Shown: piece after piece, positions 27,961 to 39,600 of the stretch
How the letters are laid out: every line of letters starts with the position of its first letter
Position numbering within the stretch: the first letter of the stretch is position 1
Source: Bugula neritina
Taxonomy: Eukaryota; Animalia; Bryozoa
Direction: 5' to 3'
Assembly (NCBI GenBank): GCA_964035545.1
Contig: OZ037771.1
Location: 6,543,190 to 6,607,189 of the forward strand
DNA length: 64,000 nt
The notes under the pieces: model-generated
What the model saw: the letters and a program-made list of their open reading frames with translations, nothing else
Databases searched by the model: none
What the model was told of the DNA's origin: nothing
Made by a program: the position numbers and the translations under genes

Positions 27961-30900
27961 ATGACCAGAGCGTGAGAGAGTGTCCAGAAAAGAACTAACA
28001 GGACTTTCCAGAGAGCTGGCTGTCAACAACTTCAGTCAACAGCCACCTCACCTGCCGCCTCATCTCACTTGGCTATCATGTTTGACAGCTAGCAGTCACA
28101 TTACACAATGAAGTTGAATCCATTCTCATCTCTCCCTTCTGACCACCTGTCAATCACACCACCACCATCACCACCACAATTGTTTAAATATAAAATCAAA
28201 CCAACAAATATTTTCGTCTCAGCAGAAGCAAGGACACTGCAATATCACAACTCAATCAGTGAAAAGCTCTGCCAATCGTTGGAAGAGTGCCTAATGCATC
28301 AATTGACAGACAATTTAGAATTTTTCAAGCAGAAGTGAATCAACAAGAAGAGAAAAGCAAATTGCTGAGAACTACAATGTGATGCCTTTAATATTAGCTG
28401 CTGATAATCACAACATTGCTAGACGTGAGTGACGATAAGTTATTAGTTTATATATAGAGTAAATATTACCACAAATGAGTACTATTTACACCAATAGCAT
28501 GGGAGAAATTCAAAATATGAATAACAAGTTGACCAAATGACGTTTGATAAATGTAGATGTAAAGTAAGTGTTGATAGAGTAAGTGACATGTATACACAAC
28601 AGAATATAGACACTAATTATTGCCATGCATCAGCAAAGCAAATGATACGACAACTCCTACATCATGATATCTTATATTGACACTACACACTATGAAATAG
28701 AAATGACAACTCCAACTTCGCATAGAAATCTAATTACATCCAAATAGACAACTAGCAAGACAAGAGAACACCGGAAATAGGAACCTCAGTATGAGTGGAT
28801 GCCGTAAAAAAATTGGTGAAATTGTTTTATTTAATTAATTATTTTCAAAAATATCAACTGCGAATGCTAATTTATAAATTGTCCTTTCAATGCAATGTAG
28901 TTGCTAATTTAAACCATAATTTACTGCAGCACTTCACAAAAGTCAATTTGAACCAATAAAACATCTGCTAGCTTTTTGTCCAATCAAAATTCACTACCAG
29001 TGTTGGAGCAAAATATACCCATTGCAGTCCCCTGCAAACCTCCCAAAAAGAACTCTGGTCAACTTGCAGACTATTTATGATGAGTGGGTTGAGATCACAT
29101 CCTACCACCAGTTTACTACGGCTCTGACAAATTCTTGTGATTTTATAGTCACTATTCCTGTGAGAAACCCCTGAGGGAAGGGTTTTTAAGAGGGATAAAG
29201 TCTTATCCAGCTGTGACACAGGAGCAATTATGACTGGATGCTCTTTCTAACATCACCAATGGCCTTTACTGGGATTCTAACCACTGACCATGTGTTTTAC
29301 TGGATCACCGCTCTAGCCCCTATACTACAACTGCTCCCACTTACTACAGCTCTGTGTTGAACTGTTTACCTGCTAAAACAAGACACTGTCTAGCACAGCC
29401 CTTGGCATTGTACGTCAAGTCAGAGGAGTAAACACTGAGGAGGTCTTGAATCAGCGGTTTCGCCTTCCACCAATGAAATTCTTCCTCTTCTTTAGGGTGC
29501 AGCCTGTAAGATATTATATTACTGTGTATTACTATAACATTATACTGCTGTGTATTACTATAACATTATATTACTGTGTATTACTATAACATTATATTAC
29601 TGTGTGTTACTATAACATTATATTACTGTGTACAACTATAACATTATATTACTGTGTGTTACTATAACATTATATTACTGTGTATTACTATAACATTATA
29701 TTACTGTGTATTACTATAACATTATATTACTGTGTATTACTATAACATTATATTACTGTGTATTACTATAACATTATATTACTGTGTGTTACTATAACAT
29801 TATATTACTGTGTACAACTATAACATTATATTACTGTGTGTTACTATAACATTATATTACTGTGTATTACTATAACATTATATTACTGTGTATTACTATA
29901 ACATTATACTACTGTGTATTACTATAACATTATATTACTGTGTATTACTATAACATTATATTACTGTGTATTACTAACACATTATATTACTGTGTATTAC
30001 TATAACATTATACTACTGTGTATTACTATAACATTATATTACTGTGTATTACTAACACATTATATTACTGTGTATTACTATAACATTATATTACTGTGTA
30101 TTACTATAACATTATATTACTGTGTATTACTATAACATTATACTACTGTGTATTACTATAACATTATATTACTGTGTATTACTAACACATTATATTACTG
30201 TGTATTACTATAACATTATATTACTGTGTGTTACTATAACATTATATTACTGTGTACAACTATAACATTATACTACTGTGTATTACTATAACATTATATT
30301 ACTGTGTATTACTATAACATTATATTACTGTGTGTTACTATAACATTATATTACTGTGTGTTACTATAACATTATATTACTGTGTGTTACTATAACATTA
30401 TATTACTGTGTGTTACTATAACATTATATTACTGTGTGTTACTATAACATTATATTACTGTGTATTACTATAACATTATATTACTGTGTATTACTATAAC
30501 ATTATATTACTGTGTGTTACTATGAGTGAGCAATGTGGTAAGAGTCCAGCACCTGTAGGTTGGGGGAACGGTACGTTGTGGTTCCGGTGTTGGCTCAAAT
30601 CTTCGCGAACTTGTGCTAAAGTTACTCATCATTGACACTCTTCTAGCAGCCGTCCATTTTGCTGACTTTTGAGAAACAGAGTCGATCGTTCTTGGTCCTG
30701 AATCTTTTCGTCTCGATGGAATATCTTTACTCATCTGTACACTCTTTCTCCTGGTGAATATACGTACACAGTAGAGAGAATATACCAACACAGTACACAG
30801 AATACACTAACACATTACACAGAGTATACCAACACAGTACACAGAATATACTAACACATTACACAGAGTATACCAACACAGTACACAGAATATACCAACA

Positions 30901-31312
30901 CATTACACAGAGTATACCAACACAGTACACAGAATATACCAACACATTACACAGAATATACTAACACATTACACAGAATATACCAACACAGTACACAGAG
31001 TATACGTACACAGTACACAGAATATACCAACACAGTACACAGAATATACGTACACAGTACACAGAATATACCAACACAGTACACAGAATATACCAACACA
31101 GTACACAGAGTATACTAACACATTACACATAATATACCAACACAATACACAGAGTATACCAACCCAATACACAGAATATACCAACACAGTACACATAATA
31201 TACGGTACCTTGAGCTGTCTGTTTCAGTCACACTAGACTTGGATTCCTCAATAACAGTCATTAGTGTGCCAGACTTCTGCATTGTAGAGACGCTGGCCGT
31301 AGGGGAGTCCAT
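26911..31312 (-). CDS. Tctex1 domain-containing dynein light chain (TCTEX1D1/DYNLT5-like), ~213 aa, 4 coding exons
   Basis: Exons 31312-31209, 30750-30553, 29503-29370, 27116-26911 in phase. C-terminal Tctex-1 domain TYRLHP..EF..KAKPLIQDLL...RHKLVVTVDIGENKGQAVTLASRCCWDTKTDN...VYAIYKE. Confidence 0.88.
27879..27956. repeat. (GA)n microsatellite
   Basis: Directly visible. Confidence 0.95.
29142..29338 (-). mobile_element. tRNA-derived SINE copy
   Basis: Collinear similarity with 24990-25190 (GGAGCAATTATGACTGGAT..CTAACATCACCAATGGCCTTT). Confidence 0.7.
29513..30523. repeat. 26-bp minisatellite (TTACTGTGTATTACTATAACATTATA) filling Tctex1 intron 2
   Basis: About 39 tandem units visible. Confidence 0.95.
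30758..31205. repeat. 22-bp minisatellite (AATATACCAACACAGTACACAG) filling Tctex1 intron 1
   Basis: About 20 tandem units visible. Confidence 0.95.
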
Positions 31313-31664
31313 TTTATGCTACAAATTCAGTGTATACTATATACTCACTGTATACTATAAACTCAGTGTATACTATACACTAGGTGTATATTGTATACTA
31401 TCTACTTGATTGTACAGGCATACAGAGCTATTCCATACAAGAAATCTGTTACATCATAAAATGCAGTCAGGTCAATATTTTGTATTAAATATACTACAAT
31501 AATAGAAAGTACTGATTAAATAGTGCTCAAGACAGAATATCCACAATGCATATTCAGGACTACACAGCACAACATAGCATACTGATAATAACTGGTAATA
31601 CTAGTCAGTTAGTGTTTCTACTGTGTTATTCTGTTTCCCCACAACAAACTGAAATTAGGGAAAG

Positions 31665-31841
31665 CTGGCTTAGTAAATCCGTGGTCATGGGTTTGATCCC
31701 CAGTAAAGGCTATTGGTGATGTTAGGAAGAGCGTCCAGTCATAATTGCTCCTGTGTCACATATGAATAAGTCCTTAGCCCAATTTAACAAAAAAACTCTT
31801 TTATTACGATTTCTGACAGGGATGGTGACTATACAATCACG
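31665..31841 (+). mobile_element. tRNA-derived SINE copy, 5'-truncated
   Basis: GGTCATGGGTTTGATCCC B-box followed by TGTTAGGAAGAGCGTCCAGTCATAATTGCTCCTGTGTCACA body. Confidence 0.7.
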
Positions 31842-33161
31842 TGAGTTTTTAAACTGAAACTGGGGAGGCTGTTGCATAACGGCAATATTGTACAATAATA
31901 TTGGCTCTACCAAATATTTATAACAGGAAAAACTCTAACAGGGTTAAAGCTGGTGCAGCCCCAACACAGACCCAGATTAAAGTAAATATTTTGAAACTGA
32001 AGCTAAACTCCAGTTACATTTCTGCACCCATTGAAAGCAGCCACAAAGCAGTTTTAAAAGCTGGTATAAATTCTAATCTATTTTAGCTATACCTTTCGTA
32101 ATTCACAATACACACCTTACAAAATATTTCTTCAAACGTGTAAGAATTTGGACTATTTGAATTTCCTAATTACATTCTGTTGATTGTTAAAGCGTTAGGG
32201 AAGTAACTTGGAACTATTGCCAATTAGGAACTCTGAACTTGCAACACTTTTGCTATCAATTGGATTATTGCCAGTGGGCTGTGAATCATTTTAGAAGTCT
32301 TAACATTTGCTATCAGTAGTTGAACTTGAATTCTGTTAGTTTATCTCAAAGCAACATTTCATCAACTTAGAAAAACTTCCACTGAATAGTTTGACCCAAA
32401 CTCACTTGCCATAGAGATTTCAATAATTTTAAATTTTGCTGCTCAAGAGAAATTTTGCCCAGCTTCTAACTTTTAGTTGGTTTCTATCTAATAACTGTGA
32501 TTAAAGGTAATGCATAGGCTTAGATTATCTTAAAAAACTTTAATGGTTTTTATTTCATCAGGTATTTGTAAATCAACAAATTTTCTATTTGTAACCCAAA
32601 CAATGAACTAAGATCTCCAGCAACAAATAACAAATCTCAAACTTCAATCAAACTTTTGTCATAAATTGCTAAAATGTAGCTCAGTTTCCTCAACTATCTG
32701 AAACGATGTTTGCAGTGTATTTACATCTTTCATATATCTGAAAGCAAACTCAAGGAGAATTTCATGCCATGAATTTCTGTAAATATAGAAGCAATAAATG
32801 CGGAAAGTATTGAGTTGTAATCTCCCACCTGCTTCTGTGAAGAAAGTTGTAGACTTTCTAAATAGCTTCAGATCCTGAATATTTGTAGCATGAGAAGTTG
32901 TCTGTCTATGAAAATTAGAAACCAAGCTAAAGAAAAATCTATCAATGCACCTAGTAAGTCTTGATAAAAGTTGATATTAGTTCTAAAACGCACTGACTAA
33001 GTAAGGCACTTACACCTACATATTGTGACAAGGTGTTGCAAAGTTATAACAGTTGTTAAACAGGTAAATATATGAGTTAGTTTTACCTGGACAGCTTAGC
33101 TCTCTCTGTGATGATGAATAGAGGAGGCAGCTAACAGAGAGTCAGTACAATCATAGCAGCT

Positions 33162-33204
33162 GTGTCTCAGGTAACAGCAGCATTCTTTCTGTATCTCAGG
33201 TAAC
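33162..33204. promoter_or_regulatory. Tandem RFX X-box-like motifs at the putative Tctex1-gene promoter
   Basis: GTGTCTCAGGTAAC (33162-33175) and GTATCTCAGGTAAC (33191-33204) lie just upstream of a minus-strand donor CAG/GTAAAA (~33086) that could join the acceptor at 31319 before the ATG. Confidence 0.45.
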
Positions 33205-34580
33205 AGCATCTCTTAAGAGATTACATTAATAAATACTAATGCAGTCTTTCATATGCCCTGAAAGCAAGGAGAGATTACGTAACCACTAGTATGTACTTCA
33301 ATAATCATATTTATACACATGCACTATGAATGATTAGGTTCTTACAAAACATGTGTCTATGTGCTGCGTTTGTATGAAACTTGGGTTGTTTCATACATTT
33401 CACAAATACCGAGCACACAACTTCTAAACAGCAACTTTATTAAGTCTTAGAATTCATTTAAAATTAAAGTCAGTTTCAAAACTCAAAAGTGATACGAAAG
33501 TTAGAAAATCAACTAATAACTTGGATAAATATTTTATGGCCTAAATAGGAAATTATGAATAACATGTCACGATTCCACATAATTTATATTTAGCAAAACA
33601 GCAGTGAAGGTAATGAAATAAAACGTGAAAATACATAAGAATCAAGGCCAGTAGAAATCAGTTACAATCAAATGACTGTATAATATAATCACTATAATCT
33701 ATCTCTCAGGTCAGCTTACCATTGGGATGCAGCATTAAGCCAATCTATGTGGATTAACTCGTCAGTGCACTGCATCAGCTAAGTGCATGTCCAGTCAGCT
33801 AATGTGTAACAATGTTCCCATCTTTTGTTAGGGTGGCACTCGGCAGAGCACAACATGAATAGCGAATGACAAAAATTGAGAGGAAACACACAAATTTGTG
33901 TTATAAAACATGCTTTATCAAACAAAATGTGAAAAAAACTAATTATAGTACGCTAATGCAATATTTACAGTAAAAATACTAGGATATTCCTGTCTTACCA
34001 AATGTCTGCGACTGATGAAAGTTTAGCATGGAATGCAGACAAGTGTACCCTTCCCACATCACCTTGTAATGTAATTCTACATCTGCAATTATAGTAAGTA
34101 AAGTGAAACCTACATAGCCCAATCAGAACTGTTTAGCCGCCAAAATTAAAGCTATGAAGTGTCAGCGAGAAAAATAAATGTAGATACATTGTGGTTTTTG
34201 GCATTTTATTTTCTTCACAAAATAATCAACAAGTACATAATTTTTCTTAAACAATAAAATGTCCGAGTATATTGGAACAAACAATGTGTTACCATTTTGA
34301 AAAAAAGTTCTACTGGTTTTGAGTCAGGAAATGCTTTAAAGATAAATTTTGGAAAATAAAGTATCTATTAATTAATGTCATTTGTTGTATTTTAAATCAA
34401 GAAAAACAATCCTGCAATTACTAGCACTAGTTTCTGTAGAACAATAGCTGAAGCTTGGTGGGTTTATTCAGTTATAACACATACTCACGCAGTTCATTAG
34501 TTTTATTAGCACTCTAATTTACTACCACTAGTGCTACTACAACTAACTACAGCTAGTATTACTGCTAGTGCTAGTACTAC

Positions 34581-35054
34581 TGTTATATCTGGATTTATAA
34601 GTATTATAAATATGTGTAGTTGTCATCTCTTGTTGTTGCATGTGTGTGGGGTGCACAACTCTAAGTTTGACATTAATATTACTTATAGCGTGGGTGTGGC
34701 TTGTGTGAGTGTTATAGCTATATAACCTAGTGCAAATGGGAGAATGGAGAGACTTGAGACTGGTTGAAGAACGATTGAGAATATTTATATAGAATGTATG
34801 CAACCTAATTAGAATGTGTTAGAGTATGTTTGTGAGTGCTAGCTCAGGACCATAGACCGAGGAGCACCACCAGCCAACTACTCTAACCCGGAGTCTCAAC
34901 TTCACCCCTACCAGACGGACAGGAGCTGGAGTTACCTCGCAGCCAAGCTATCAACCCGTAACTGCACACCGCCCCCGAGCTCACCCCAAGGCCACATTAT
35001 ATATATTACTCGGTGAGTTTACGATACTCAAAATCAGTAAAACCCACCATAACA
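34581..35054. mobile_element. Solo LTR (474 bp), probably Ty3/Gypsy-type
   Basis: Termini TGTTAT...ATAACA (TG..CA) flanked by 4-bp direct repeat CTAC; interrupts an (ACT)n-rich tract. Confidence 0.65.
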
Positions 35055-35919
35055 CTACTACTACTGTTATGACTACTGATAGTGCTATTGTTAGTACTAT
35101 TATTGCTAGTATTGCTGCTGTTGCTACCACTGCTACTAAGTAGCAGTACTACTACTAATACTAAATACTATCACCACTGCCATCACTACTACAACCTCAA
35201 CTCCTGTAGTAGTACTATTAGATTTTATACATTACCAACATTATTACAAACGGCATTATAACTACCACTACTACGGCTATTAGTATTACTATTACCACTA
35301 CCACCACCACTAGCAGTAACTCTGCATTTCCAATTTTAATTCTCCAATAGAGTTAGACTTCTGCCTCTCGGCTTAAAGTTACTGTTAAAGACTTCTACCT
35401 CTAAGTCTAACTCTAGGCCCAGAGGTCAGATAACTAAAAAAAAGTAGAAATGCATAGTTAGTGCTAGTGATATTGGTAATAGTAATACTAATAGAAGTAG
35501 TAGTAGCCATGTCATTAGTAATAGCGGTAATACTTTTCTTTTAGTAACTCACAGTCACTGTCAGTGAGTGTGACTCAGTGACTGTCACTGTGAGTTACTA
35601 AAAGTAAAACTAAAAGTAAAAGTAAAACTAAATCAAACTCCAAGACTCGCCAACTTTACTTACTCGAGAGAAAACTGAAATCATTTCAGTGAAAATACGA
35701 TTTAAACTCTTTAGCTCATGACAAGTTCCAAACTTTGATTGGGAGCTTAAGATTTTGGGTTTAGAGTTAATCATAATTAATAACGTTAGTTCAAATTCCA
35801 AATAGTACTTTCTTACTAGGATTTCTTGCGTTTAAACAAATGTCCTTCACTTATAGTTTATAGTTCTACTACAAGAACGGGTAATCGTCTATTGACTCGA
35901 ACTACGGTCAAAAAAGCAG

Positions 35920-36000
35920 GTTAGTACCACGTGACCTTACTTATTAACAAATAGAATTAGGGAATTCCAAGGGCTTTCCTTGTAATTTCCCGCCAGCACG
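35920..36000 (+). promoter_or_regulatory. Candidate CRAMP1 promoter elements (E-box CACGTGAC, E2F-like TTTCCCGC)
   Basis: CCACGTGACC at ~35927 and TTTCCCGCC at ~35986, 0.6-0.7 kb upstream of the ATG at 36623. Confidence 0.35.
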
Positions 36001-36622
36001 CTTTTCTAAACATTTAGTAGCCAACACTTTCCAGCGTTTTAATTGACAGTTGTATGACTAGTTAGAGTTTTGTCGCTTAAAACGAATCATATGTTACAGC
36101 TCTTATAAACCTGAAAACAATTGTGCTTTTAAACATCTTTTGTAAATGAATATTAGTTGAAAAATATCAAATTGGAACTAAACCAATCATCGTCTTTTAC
36201 ACTGTTGTTGTTGGTCACATGACCAACACAAAAATCTCTATGATGTGTTTTATTTTATGATTTAATTTTAAATTGTTTTGTTAAAGTTTGCTCATCAGAG
36301 TGGATGAACGGCGGTCTTGTATGTTTTGTTTGTTATCATAGTTATTTATTAGGCTGGTGGGGTACTCAAATGAAGCCAAATATTTATTGAAACTAAGTTG
36401 CTTTACAAAAGAAGTTACTGTGGAAGCCATTTTGTTTTTTTGATTCAACTTCAACTTGGGATATCAATATATCAGTAATGTTATTACTACTAGATATCAA
36501 CTGTTGATTTCATTACGATTGTTTGAATATACCTCAACATTAGCAAGGTATGGGAATAAAGCTAACGACAATTGTATAAAATTCAAGCATAACTAGCTGT
36601 TTTTGTACTAAAACAATAAAAT

Positions 36623-39600
36623 ATGATTAGTAGAAAGACTAAAAGGAGTAGAACAAGCAGTTGCACGTCACGTTCAACTTCAAGCAAATTCAAGACCAAC
36701 GAAAACCAATTTTGTTTGGAGTTGGACAACAGTTTGGATTGCAATGTTAAGAAAAAGCAAAAGGTTGCTTTAACGCTGAAGGAGAAAGCTCAAGTTGAAC
36801 AAGATTCTCAGTTACAAACTCAAAGTCAAACTGAAGCTACGTGTCCGCCAGGAGTAAAAGATAAAAAGAAGATTTGCACAGACGCTAAACTTACTAATGG
36901 TTCTCGCTGGTGAGTTTCAAATTTATTTGAACTTTTTATTGACAATCAACATTTTTATTGAAATTTGTAAATAACCAATAGGCCTACAAGCGAGTCATTT
37001 TCATTTTGATTTTATGAAAAGCAGTGTTAGTGTTAACTGTTATTATTATACTATTACTTTGGTATTACTTATACTTATATTTTGGTGCATCTTGTTGGAT
37101 AATGAAGCAGATAGTTTAAGTTGTTTAATTTTTGCAAACAAAATGCAGCTTTAAAAATATTACTCAAACAAATCTCTAGAATTGGTTCAAAGCAAAATTT
37201 TTGTTGCCAAGTTTCATTTAATTATGTTTTTCAATTATGATACAAGAAGTAGAGAAATTTACAGAGTACTCAAATTTATTTGCCAGATATGATGAAAAAT
37301 GTATGTATCAAACTGTTTAACCAACTAATTTTTCAGTTTCTAGGTTATTCATAACAAGTAGGCCACTACTAGTAGTAAACTAGTAGTAGATTTGTAAGTT
37401 TGTGTTATTTTAGTGAAAATGTAAGCAGTATTGGCAACAAGATGTCCACTGGTTTTACCGCCCTAAGTGAATCATGCAACCTGTCACGTCGCCAAGCCAC
37501 CCTTCTTTCTAAGCGCCGTGCTGCGGAGGAACTCGAGCTAGCTAGACAAGCCAGGTGAACACTAGTGTTACTGAAACTCATTTCAACAGACTATCTAGTC
37601 TTTTTGATAACTCAAACACACAATAATATTTTTAACAAAGACCTACAAGTTCTTTAAATTTATTGTCGCAAAAAGAAATTTGTAGCTTTGTAATAAATGA
37701 ACATGGAATCCTCAATCAACTCATGACATAGAAGTTTTTATTTTCTTCTCGTAATCTAAGTTCACTTGTATCATTGAGTGTGTATAAAGATGTTTAACAT
37801 CCATACTAATTCTTGTGACCTAATTGAGGGTTTTTTGTGATGCTGCGGGTTTATAAAGTTTATAATAACTTGACAACATAATATAATTGTGCTTTAATTA
37901 AAGTGAGAAAGTTCCAGGTAAATAAAACAGGTCTGTTTTGATGTTTGATTAGAAAATTTCAAGAGGATTAGATAAAACTGCTACTACAGAGATTAGTTGT
38001 AAGTTTAGTGATAATGAGGCTCTCGGTCAAACAACTAGGAATTTCTAAACATATAAAGCTAGCAGTTAGAACGTAAATAAAACCAAGATAGTTTGTAAAA
38101 TAATTTCTGCTAAAATTACCTATATTTAATAAAAATGTGAGCGAAAATTTAGTGAACAACATTTTTCTATGAACTATTTCAATTTTATTTAACATTGAAA
38201 TATACTTTTCTTTTAATTCAAATAGATATTAATTTTTAGGGTCTTTTATTTGGGAATTTCTGTTATGTCTCATAAACAGACCTTTTTTTCATTCACCTGT
38301 GATTTTATCAGTATCAATACAATTGTTGCTTGTGTGTATGGTGTTCAAATTATAACTATGTTTCAGTTGTATGTTGTACGTCTGGTTTTTATGGCTATTT
38401 TATCAATTGTATAGACAGCAAGAACTTGAAGCTGAGTTGGCAGAAGTAGAAGCTGAAACTAATAATAAGAAACCAAAGAAAGATCCAGAAATTTGGACGG
38501 AGGCTGAGAAAGACATTTTCTTTCAAGGTGTACTTACTGTAAGTAGAAGTTACTTCTTTCGAAGTGTACTAATTAAAAAATGTGGTGTTTTAAATGTGCA
38601 GTTACATTAAATGAACAACTATAAAGCTTCTCCAAAAATCGCATGTGAATGATTTGTTATCTAGAGAAATGAATTATTTATTAGTTCCCTTACTGGTTAC
38701 TTTTAATTGCTAAAGTAACATATTTTATAAGTAGAATGAAGAGCACTATTTTTGCTCTCTGCAAGCTAATTTTACTCACTTATCAGTATCAGGTAAAGTA
38801 ATGTTTCTAAACTACCTCAGATCTCTTTGTGCCATTCATAATGTGGCCATTATTTCAATGATGTCACCTCAGGTGGGGAGAGACTTTGACAAACTCCAAA
38901 AATACTATATATCTAAGATGAAGTCAAAGGAGCATGGCGAACGATCCAAAGATCAAATTCGAATGTTTTATTATCGAATCGTTAAAAACATTCAAAGCAT
39001 AATCAATTTAACTGAAGGTAAAGTTGTTTAAGTGCACTATAGTCAATATATTCATGCATTTCAACTACAAAAAGTTTTCTTTAGTATATATGTAAATGCA
39101 TGGTATAGAATGTCAGTAACTTTGTAAAAAAATATACATAGTATGACTTGAAGTCTCTAGTGATTGAGTCCTATGGTAATTTGAAAACCTATGTGTATTA
39201 GTCTAGAGAACTAGCATTATCAAATTTACTCCTAGCATATTTACTCTATAGTAAATCTTTGTAAAGTCACTTTGGTTATCTTTATGTAGGTTTTATCTAT
39301 AGTCACCTTGATTATCTTTTAATTTATTTTGACAATTGTTTAAAAAAATGGTTGTTAATTAAATTTTATTGCTATAATTTTAAGAAAATTAACAAGAGTT
39401 CTAAATTAAGTTCTTAATTCATCTTTGGTAAATAGTCACTGTTTATGTTTAGGTTATTTAATGCAAAGATGGTGCTATAAGATGGTACCTTACATCTTCA
39501 GCCAAACATAGATCTATAAATATATGATAACTCTGTATTTTCAGAACTGTGTGAGTTCTTTAGCTTGTATTACTATGTTTTAGTTTCTAGAAACAAGGAA

